Origin: a virus
Strand: one strand, 5' to 3'
Length of the DNA stretch: 64,000 bases
Virus record (IMG/VR): IMGVR_UViG_3300035156_000138
Location: 1-64,000 of that record
The notes under the pieces are model-generated. The model saw only the letters and a list, made by a program, of their open reading frames with translations. It had not been told where the DNA came from and ran no database searches. The translations under genes and the position numbers were made by a program. Shown in pieces: positions 42,636 through 53,200 of this stretch (position 1 is its first letter; every line of letters starts with the position of its first letter).

Positions 42636-44162
42636 ATGGGCCAACCAATTACGTGGCAGAACGTAACCCAAGGTGATGCCAGCACTGCATGGCGTGCCAT
42701 GGACTCTGCTCAGAAGAGTATCAACGGTGCGTTTGATGGTGTACAAAGTGTCATCAAGGGCTCGGAAGATATTCAAGCAAAGAACGATGTCGCTATCAAG
42801 ACCAACAACACTCAGGATTTCCTGAACAAGTTAGGTCAGCTGGGTAAGACACCTGAAGCATTGCAAGCAGCTATTGCCAGTGGTGCTGTAGACCAACTCA
42901 AGGCTGGCTATGGTAATGCCATCAACCATGACCAGGTTCGTGGTGCTGCAGAGGGACTACTCGACCAGCGTTACAAGCAGGTCAAGATGGGTGTCGACTT
43001 CAACAATGCCATGTTGGATGAGAAGACTGCACCAATCATGGACCGGTTCAAGTCAGCTGTACAAGCCAAGAATCCTGCATTGATCGAGCAGTATCGGAAG
43101 GAATACACCGATGCTGGTGGTAAGCACTCATCTGATCTTGAAGGCTTCCTGCGCTCCAGTACCCATGAAGATCAAGTATGGGACGAGCAGAAGAAAGGCT
43201 GGGTCCGTGATCAGGGTATGCACGAAGCCAACCTGAAACATATGGTCAATCAAGATCGTGTAGCTCAAGGTCAGCTTGGTGTAGCCCAGGGTCAATTGGG
43301 TGTTGCTCAAGGTAATCTAGCTTTGAATCAGCGTGCACAAAAACTTGACCAGCAGAACAAGTTGGAGCAACTGTATGCTGCCAACATTCAAAGCATGGGT
43401 GAAGTGTCGAAGATGTCAGCATCGTCGGCTGAAGGTACCAAAATGATTGTCGATGAAATCGGCAAGATGACGGACCCAGCCGCTAAACGTCAAGCATTCC
43501 AGGCGTTTAATGAGATGAAGCTGAAAAACCCTAACATGTTGTCGGCCGATGCAATGACGTCATTGATGGGCATCTACCAGCGTTGGTGGCGTGGTGACGG
43601 TACGATTCGTGATGAAGTCACGGATACGGCTGGTTCACTAGCCGGCTCTCCTGGTTCGGCATTGCAATCGAGGACTATCGAAGGCAAGGCCATGGCATTG
43701 CAAAACCAAGGTGACCGTCTACGCTCGCAGATGAAGGTAAATGAATCCGAGCTTTACGGTAATTTACGTGGTGAAAAGTCTGCGACTAAGCCAGCAGCAG
43801 AAACACAAACTACCCCTGTTGCAGCTCCGGCCCAGCCTGTAGTCGACAATGTTTCGCGTCTTCGTGCTGAAGCAGTAGCTGAACAACGTCGTAAAGATTC
43901 CGTCATCAATGAATACAAGTTGAAAGCAGACGCAGCTGCTAGTGGTGGTGCTCCTGGTAATCGTTGGGAACTGGCTCAAACGGCTCGTGTGAAGGATGTT
44001 GCCGATAACTTCGATAGCACTCTGAACATGCTTCGTCCAGGGGCGAGCCGGGCTGATATCCAGAAAGCTCTTGACTGGATCGACAACAAAGAAGAAGCAG
44101 GGGTTCTTACCCGTGCTCAACAAAAGCAAGTGCGAGAAGCTCGCCGCGAAGCGGGTCTGTAA
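42636..44162 (+). CDS. Virion protein (hypothetical) with tandem AQGQLGV heptads
   Basis: 508 aa. VAQGQLGVAQGQLGVAQGNLA is encoded by 21-bp repeats at 43260-43322. Confidence 0.6.
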   Translation: MGQPITWQNVTQGDASTAWRAMDSAQKSINGAFDGVQSVIKGSEDIQAKNDVAIKTNNTQDFLNKLGQLGKTPEALQAAIASGAVDQLKAGYGNAINHDQVRGAAEGLLDQRYKQVKMGVDFNNAMLDEKTAPIMDRFKSAVQAKNPALIEQYRKEYTDAGGKHSSDLEGFLRSSTHEDQVWDEQKKGWVRDQGMHEANLKHMVNQDRVAQGQLGVAQGQLGVAQGNLALNQRAQKLDQQNKLEQLYAANIQSMGEVSKMSASSAEGTKMIVDEIGKMTDPAAKRQAFQAFNEMKLKNPNMLSADAMTSLMGIYQRWWRGDGTIRDEVTDTAGSLAGSPGSALQSRTIEGKAMALQNQGDRLRSQMKVNESELYGNLRGEKSATKPAAETQTTPVAAPAQPVVDNVSRLRAEAVAEQRRKDSVINEYKLKADAAASGGAPGNRWELAQTARVKDVADNFDSTLNMLRPGASRADIQKALDWIDNKEEAGVLTRAQQKQVREARREAGL

Positions 44163-44169
44163 AAGTAAT

Positions 44170-44210
44170 CTGGGTCAAGGCAACTTGACCCAGTGCAACT
44201 TGTATATAAT
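44170..44210 (+). promoter_or_regulatory. Perfect 10-bp GNRA hairpin followed by a consensus TATAAT, upstream of the vRNAP gene
   Basis: CTGGGTCAAG GCAA CTTGACCCAG (44170-44193). TATAAT at 44205-44210. TTGACC in the stem is only 14 nt from the -10 element. Confidence 0.35.
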
Positions 44211-44241
44211 GGGTACTCACCCGCAATAAACCAGGAATAAC

Positions 44242-47200
44242 ATGACCGATTCAGTCTATACCAGCCTTTCGACGCCTAAAGTGAGCGATGAGATCCTTGA
44301 CCGTAAAATGGCAGAGATCTCGGCAGCCCGTCAGACTAAGATGGCCCAGCTGGATTCGGAGTATCAGACTGCGCTGAAAACACAGGCATTAAGGGATGCT
44401 AACCCTACAGTTAATCAAACTGACGTTCTTGGTACGGTCAGTGATATCGGTGTCAAGCTGGGACAAGGTGCAGTCAACCTGGGTGCTTCAGTGGTCGGCT
44501 TGGGTTCGTTGGCTTCTGGTGGGGCCGTCGGTAATGCTATGCGGGAAATTGGTTATGACCCAGCAGCCACTAATGAAGTACTGGGAGAATACCTGAGCAA
44601 AGCACAGAAGGCAGCTGATGCCAAAGTGCGTGATGCCGAAGGCTTCAGTGATACGGTAATCACCTCACTGGCAAACCCTCGTTCGATTTTGGGTAGTGTG
44701 ACTGAATCCCTTCCTGCCATGTTGGCAGGTATGGGTGTAGCTGGTGCAGCTGCACGGGGCATCGCCGTAAAAGCAGCCATGTCAACTATCGAAGGACGTC
44801 TGGCAGCCGAAGCAGCAACCGCCGCTGGCAAAGTTGGTATGGCTGAGACTGCTGCACTAGGTACAGAAGCAGGATCCACCGCGGCCAAGGCAGCTATTGA
44901 GGCTGCCGGTTTCCGCTTGTCGGCTATTGGTGCCGGTGTCGAGGGTGCTCAAACAGCTGGTACTGTAGCTGATCAAGCTCAGGCCGCTGGTCGTGAGTAC
45001 TCCGACTATGCTTTACCTGCTCTGGCTGCTGGTGCTGTCACAGCGGGCATCGGTGTAGTGTCGAACAAAGTATTTGGTGACGCAGCAACCGATCTGGCCA
45101 CTGGTGCACGCACGTTGACCGGATCAAAGCTGGCTAAGATCGGTAAGGAAGCGTTCTCCGAAGGTGTTACTGAAGAGCTTCCACAATCAGCACAGGAACA
45201 ATACTTCACGAACATCGCCATGGGCGAAGAAGATCACATGAAGGGCGTGGCTAACGCTGCAGGTGCCGGCCTGGTGGCTGGTGCTGCAATGGGTGTAGGT
45301 ATGGCTGGCTTGCACAAGAGTCCTAATGCTGAAACCAAGCAAACTCAAGAACGTGTCACTACTGCTGAGACAAAGCAGAAGGTTGCTGATGCCGTGGCCA
45401 ACAATGACATCACAGCATTCACCAACCCAAAGAGCCCAGATTACGATCTGTCTCGTGGGATGGGTGTGCTTGTGGCTCATGCCATGAAGCCGGATACCGC
45501 TCCTGAAGTCAAAGCAGAGAACCTGAAAAAAGCAGGTGAGCTGTTATCCCAGCTGGAAGAGCAGCATGCCAAGGCAACAGAAGATGCTGATACCTTCTCG
45601 CCAGCCAGTATCGCTGAAGCCAAAACCAAGATTGCTCACTACGAAGCTGAGATTGCTAAGTACCCTACGGATGCAGCTAAAGTTGCCGAGCTGAAGGATT
45701 TCCGTGATGGTTGGAAAGACGTATTGGCTGATGCCACCGATACCCAGGCAGCAGGAAAGTCCCGTGCTACCTTGGCTTCCCTGGATCGCCAGCTCTCTAC
45801 CGGTCGTAACTTTATGGGTGGATTGGTCAATGCTAATGAGGCTGCTGCCACTCCAGATGAAGTAAGTACCCTGGTTACCGCGGCAGCAGCTGACAACACA
45901 GCAGCTACTCGGCTGATCAACCTGTCGATGACTCAACCTGATGCTCTGTCACATACAGAAGCATTGAAGCTGGCTGATGACACCACCAACTCACTTACTG
46001 ATGAACAGCGTGCTCATCTACGTGTGTTCAGTGATGCTCGACAGGCTGAGAATGCTCTGTCTACTCAATCGAAGGTATCTCAAGAGGTACTGTACGGTTC
46101 AAACAAGAACGTGGGTATTGCTCAGTATCGTTCACGTATTGCCGCGGCAATCGCTTCTGACAATGAACCAACTGCCAAGCGCAACCTTGGTATGTTGGGT
46201 AATTTCGCCACTGACCATGAAGACAAAGCAACCGCAGCACGTCAAGCAATCAGGGATTTTGGCCTGGGTAGTCAGATCATTAAAACAAACAGTGGATGGA
46301 AAGCATATCCATCTGATACGTATTCGGAGAAGATATTGCGTTCCGGTGGCGGCTTGAGCATGAAATCTGCTCGCCTGGTCAATGAGATCGCCAATGAGGC
46401 AAAAGCGTTGCGTGCCACCCATACCGAAATGAATTCCGCCACTACCTTAAAATTTGGCGTACAATCCAAATCCTCCAAGCAAGACAGTGTACCTTCCGGA
46501 AATATCGATACCCCAACAAATGAGGAGGACACCGCACGTCCAGCTGTACCAGCTGAACCCCCCACCGCTAGCACTCCACCTAAGCCTAAATCTAAACTTG
46601 AAGCTGGTCGTGAACGCAATGCAAAACAAGAAGCTGCGGTCGCGGAAGCAGCAGCGGCTACCGCCGCCAGAAAAGAAGCTGATACCAAAGCAGCTGAAAA
46701 TCCAGCTGAAAAAGACACCCTCTATGACGCAGCAGTTGAGCATGTCATTGGCTCTAAAAATGCCAGTATCACCAATGTGCAGAAGCACCTCAAGGTAGGT
46801 TACAACCGGGCTGCCCGTATCTTAGAAGAGATGGAGCAGGAAGGAATTGTGTCTAGTTCAGACACAAAAGGTAACCGCACCATCAATGATCAGCCAGCGA
46901 AGACGGCAGTGGCCGAGCAACCAGCAGCGGTGAGCGAAGCGAACCCTGCGCCCGTTGCAGAGGCTACGCCGGCTGAAGCGGTGGCAGAAGTAAAAGAGAA
47001 AACTACCACTCTCACTGTGTTCGATACCGAACATGATTCGTCGGTACCGTACCAGGAACAGAACCTGGTCGGGACTCACTTTGCCCAGACAGCAGGTAAT
47101 GAAGACACTGGTACCCAGCGCCCACTTGCCAAGATGGTCAACTTTCTCTCAGCATGGAAGAACAAGGCTGAAGGATTCAAGCTATCAGATTTCTTGGCTT

Positions 47201-50200
47201 CAAAAGAAGCACCAACTGATGAGCAAAAACTGGTACTGAAAACCTTCCTTGCTACAGCTACGGCATGGGCAGGTAACATCACGGCCAACCTCAAGAAAGG
47301 TAACCCAGGTTATGGCTATGAGGATCTGATCCAGTTCCTGATGAATGAACAGGGCCAGCTCGACGAGAATACGATAACGGCTATCGCCTATGCTGCATTC
47401 AGCTGGACCGCTGAAGCAGCTACACGTCCTGAGCTCAACACCAAAGAAGATATCAATGCAATCCTTGGTCGGGATGAAACCGCCCCAGTATCGACAATCG
47501 AATACAACAAGCTAGAGCACATCGGTACTCGCCAGAACATCGTGGCCAATGCTTTGGGCCAACGCATCGTCGCAAGCTTGGGTCTTAAATCCTTGGCTTC
47601 CGCACCGCGGGATTTACAATCCAAACTGGAATCGTCAGTTGGTGCACATGCCATGAAACTGTTGCTTGATCAGGGGATCCTGGTCCGCAATACGGTGACC
47701 GGTACTGAGATGGCTGAACTCACGAAGAGCAAAGCAACCGACACCAATGCTAAGTTCTACTTCCTTAAATTGGCTCGCACCGATGGTAATCTCAACGAAA
47801 AGGCTGAGGCGATCTTCCAGGCTAATAAAGGATCCCAAGGGATCCTCGACAAGCTGTTTGGTGTGGAACCTTCCCTGAAGGCTCCTGGCACACAGCCTAT
47901 TACTGCTACGCAGAAAACGACACGCAATACCAACATGGCCATTCCATCGGAACTGGCCGAGCAGGTAAAGCATGATGATGCTGAAGCGAGCTATGTACGC
48001 TCTGACATGTTCAATCTGGCTGGCCAGGTGTCCCCTGACACAATGCTACAGATCGCAGGTCAGGAAGATCCTTCCAAGATCGTGCACAAGAGTCGTCGTA
48101 AGTCGCTGCAAGCCAAGAATGATGGACTGGCACGCGAGCTCGATCGGTTCATGGGGTACGTTGGCCAGGCTGGTACTGATACGCCTATGTACTTTGAACA
48201 CTCTGTCTGGATGCAGCAGCGTGTCGGTATTGCCACGAACATGATCAATCCACAGACCAGCAAGATTCACCGTCACATGCTGTATCGCTCGGCCTGGGAA
48301 ACAAAAATTGCCTTTGGTGATACCGAAGCCATGACGAATTTCAAGCTGCGCGTAGCAGAGGGATTAGGGGTCAAGACGGATAAGCTGAGCAAAGAAAAAG
48401 CGTTAGCTAAGTTCACTACGACTATCGCTAAGCCAGAAATCAAAGCAGCCGTGGTCGTCCTGGTGAAGTCATTGACCGGTACCGATAGTGGTGTCTTGTC
48501 CGAGAATGATCAGACTGTATTGGTCGCTGGTGTTAAAGCTGGTGGTGAAGACATGCACTCGCTCGACGCACTGATGGCCATGGCCCAGATGGCGTTGGCC
48601 AAGAAGGAAGGCAAGTCAGATTTCACTACTCAAATGATGGCTGAGGTTGACGGTGTAACAAATGGCCCGATGCTGTCGCATCTGTTGCTTGGTGCAGCGA
48701 ACTCGGTCAAGGAAATGTACGCCTTACTGAACCGTGGTGGTTTCTTTCAGCAAGGTAGTGAGCACATCGAATACAACAACTGGCGCGATGCACCAGAGAA
48801 TTTCGACCTGTACGAAAACACTGCTTTGCACATGACGCAAGCGATCAATGCTGCCAATCTGGATCCTGCTCTCATGGCTTCGATCTACGCCTTTACCGGC
48901 GAACTAGCTGATAGCAAAGGCGTTGTGCAGAAGGCAGGCCGGAACATCATCAAGACTCCGTTGACGGCTATGGTATTTGGTTCGTCGGTGAACAATGCAG
49001 TTGATTCGATGGCTGACAACTTCATTGACTCAATCTACTCGGTCATTGAAGAAGGTGAGATGTCGAACAGCGATATCTTGCAGCACCTGGTTGGTCTGGG
49101 TGTTCGTCTGCCTGGTAACGTGGAGCTCATGGAACATGAGTTCACAGCACAGCAAACGCGTCAACTCAAGACAGTGTTCAAGGAATCCTTGGGTAAGGCC
49201 GTTGAAGAAACGATGAAGCAAGACTTTGAAGTGTTCATCGCGCAGCGTACTGAGTTCAACAAAACTGCACAGCTGACGTTTGAAGTGTACAACGCGGTGT
49301 ACCAGGGACTGCGTGAAGAGCTGACGACTCAGCTTATTGCTGACGGTGAGATCGCAGTCAACAAGACTACTGGTGTACCGTTGCATGATCTCACCAATGC
49401 ACAGGAAGCAGACCTACGTAAGCAGACGGCTGCCTTGATGCCGGTAATGAACACGCCTATGTCTCAGGAATCAAACAACCTGAAGGCAGGCATCATGGTG
49501 GCCAAAGCCGAGCGTAAGCTCTCGGACAAAGACACCTATCAGAATGTGGTGAAGTTCGGCCAGCCTTTCGCTGATGGCAGCAAGTCCACCCAGGTTCACG
49601 GCTATGAAGTATCCCCTGCTGGACCAGGTGTGGCTATGGTCCCAGTCAGCATGCACTCGGCCGACTCGGCTATTTCGGTACGAGCAAACAAGGAGGGCAA
49701 AGCCTTGAACATTCACGATGCACAAGGTCATGGCGTGGGTGGCATCATCGAAACTGCACGTAGCATGAACGAAGCGACGTGGGACACGATGCTCAACTAC
49801 TCGCCGGCGTCTGAGGTACGTGATGCATTGCTGCGCACAGTACGTGGACTCAACGCCATGATGGCAGCGGGTAAAGTATCTGATGCAATCCTGACCAAGC
49901 TGGCTGTATCGCTCGTTGACTTCGCTGAGAAACATGAAGCACCAGCTGAAGGAGTTCTGTACCTGCAGGCTGAGTTAGCCCAGTCCCTGGCTTACCGTGC
50001 TGACAGTATGAAGTTGGACACCATGGCAACGATGGTCTCAGTGAATCAATATGCGATGGAAGGTGGTGCCTTCGCTGTCGAGTCTTCTCACCGTTCCTCG
50101 GCGGCCTCGCTGCGCTCGGCGCTTGAGGTCGGTGTTTCAGACGTCGACCGCTTGGCCCTCACCACTGTCAGCGATAAGCTGGAAGCAGCGATCAAAGCAG

Positions 50201-53200
50201 AGTTGGCCAAGCGTGATCCGAAAGCGCCAAAGGTCAAAGCCGATCCGGAAATGGATACGAAAACCAAAGGTTCGCCAGTGGCAGAGCTTGGGAAATCTGC
50301 GATCGCTTCAGACAAAGATTTGGTAGCAGCATTCACGGCTAAACCAGTAATGACACTAACTGAAGTAGCGTCAATGCTGAGTACAAAATTGACTGATCAG
50401 TTCCAGAAGAATCTACTCAATCAGCTGGCCAAGCGTGCTGATGTTGACCTGACAATCCGTTACGTGACCAAGGACACGTTACCAGCTGAGCTGATCAATG
50501 GTGCTGAAGCTAACTCCCGTGGCTGGTATGTCCTGGGTGGTAACGTGATCTACGTCATGGCACCTGAATTCAAGTCTTCTGGCTTGACGACTGAACTGCT
50601 GATGCACGAACTTACCCATGCTGCGCTGGCCCAGATCATTGAGCAATCCCAAGCCGATGGCAAGGGTGCTGCTTACGAAATGGTGCAAGAGCTTGAAGTA
50701 TTGCGTGAGAAAGTAGAAGCCCGTTTGGCTGCCACTGGTGAAACAGGGAAGTTTGGTAACGCCACCAGTAATGTCCATGAACTGGTGAGCTGGGGCATGA
50801 CCAATACCGATTTCCAGGCTGTGCTGGTTGGCATTGAGATGGCACCAAAGAACGCCGGCAGCTACTTGTTGAACGGTATGAAAACCTTCGTGAAGATTCT
50901 TTCCTCACTGGTTTTCGGCCGCCCGAATGATGCGATGGCAACTGGTATGGATGTGCTGATCACCAACGTGGCAGGCTTGCTGAACAAGACAAGCAAAACC
51001 ACTGCAGCACCTACTCAACTTCGGTCGTTAAGCCAGACCCAACCAGTACGTAACCTAAGTACTCAGGACATCTATGCTGCCCTGGCTCAGTCGAACAATG
51101 GTGCACAGATCAGTGCTGAACATGATACTCATTTGCAAGGGTTGCTCTCTACGCTGGTTAAGTCAGTGTATGGTCCTTTCGGTTCCTTCAAAGCTGCATT
51201 GATGGAACAAACAGCACAGGATCCGCTTGATGTTTACGCCCAGGCATTGAGCACCGGTGAGGCTCCATTTGCATCTGAATCTTTGGCTGCTGGTTTTGGT
51301 TTCACCAACCAGGAAGCTTTCGTACTCGAACAAGTTGAAGCCACCATGCGCACTGCACTGTCGAACAATGACGGTGTGATGACGGTAGCTTACAAGGAAA
51401 TGACCCGTCTCTATAACGAGGTCCGTGCCAAGCTAACGGTTGAGTCATTCCATAAAGGCGATTGGGCCACAGCTACTCAGATTGAAAAAGACCAGGCACA
51501 AGCACTGTACGATTTTGTCTTCGCTATCAAACAAGATGCCACGGGCAAGAGCGATTACATGAGCCGCTTCGCTGCCCTGGGATTGGTACATTCTGGCTTC
51601 CGTGAGCTGTTGAATTTCAACACCGCTACCGGTGCTACGAGTAACCCAAGCATGGGTTTCAACGAACGACTGAATAAGATTTTCAATACGGTTATGAGCT
51701 GGGTAGCCGGCCGCCTGACCAATACTTTCCGTGGCCAGCAAGCAGACCAAAAGCTCAATGCTCTGGTCAAGCAGATGGTTGAAATCGAAGCCAAGCGCAA
51801 TGAACGTATGATCTCTCGTGCATCGCAAGCGTTGAACAGCATTGCTGATACCGCCGAGGACATGAGCGACAAGGTACGTGATGCGGTTGAAGCATTTGGT
51901 AAGAAGCCGTTCTTCCAGAACAACGCAAATGCTTTCGTTAAACTGGCAGGTAACACTCTGTCTACCGTAGCAGGCGATCGTGTTGATGGGATCATGGAAG
52001 CCTACCTACGCTTGCGCGATAAGACGATGACTGGGCAACTGGGTGTAGCTGCTTCATTGCTCAATGAAGTACGTGGTGCAACCGACTTGAACAAGGTTTA
52101 CCACTTCCTGTTGCGTAGTACTAAGCACCTGGAAGGTATTCGCAAGGACACTATCAGCAGCATTTCAAAAGCAGTAACAGGATCCTTTGCCAATGATGGT
52201 GAAGACCTGACGGATGAACATAAGAAAGCAATGACCGCGGTGGTATTGCGTGGTGACATGCAGTCTCTGCTGGGTACCTATACGGTGGCCCAACTGCAAA
52301 ACCTGGTCAACAGCTCAACTGATCTGCAGACTGAAATTGATCAGCATGAAGCACAGCTAGTTGCTGGTGGCAAGATGAACAGGTTCTATATCAACTCAGC
52401 TAAAGGGCTGGGTTACTTCATGGCTACTAGTAAGGTCGCCACGGCTCACCAGTTGATGAATGCTGGGAACATCGCACGCTTGTATGGTACGGGTATGGCG
52501 GCCAGTGTTACTACGGCACAGGTTCAGGCAGCCACGCCAATCATTGATCGTCTGGCTTCGTTGTATGCAATGAAGTATGCCAGCCGTGTTGATATGAAAT
52601 TGGTATCTGAAGTCTTTGATGCGGAAGCTGCACGCACCGATGGTGGTCATGGCATTGAAATGATCATGAAGACTCACACGGCATTGCAGGTCGAAAGCAA
52701 AGACAAACTGTTTTCAGACAGCGAAGCTTTGCAGATGAAAGGTTATGTACCTGAAGTCTATGATCCATACATGACGGTGGTGATGGCTACTGATGACGAA
52801 GGTCTGCAGTTGATCAAAAAAGGCTATACGGCTATGCCCGGCTATTTGCCACGCGATGCAGCGGATCCTGTCAGTGAACAAAAGCGGATCTACTCTTTGC
52901 GTGATGGTGGTCTCAAGCAATGGAACTCGGGCATCATCAGCACGACTGATTCTAAAGCCAAGGGCAGCCAGGTAATCAATGGGGCACATCCAGTATCGGT
53001 AGCTGGCCAACAGAACATCGCAAACATGGCTGCTATTCGTGCCGGCAAGCGTGCGGCCATTCAAAGCATGTTCACTGGTACCGGCTTCGATCCAACGGTG
53101 AGCAAAGAAGCCCACATGGCACCAGTGCTTAATCCAAATGGTGATGTAACGAACTACCGCTACATGATGAGCAATGTCGTTAAAGACAAGCTGCTTAACC

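Noticed and set aside
44185-44210. TTGACC ... TATAAT read as a complete sigma70 promoter
   Set aside because: The spacer is only 14 nt and the -35-like hexamer is buried in a 10-bp stem. I kept only the -10 element, as a candidate.
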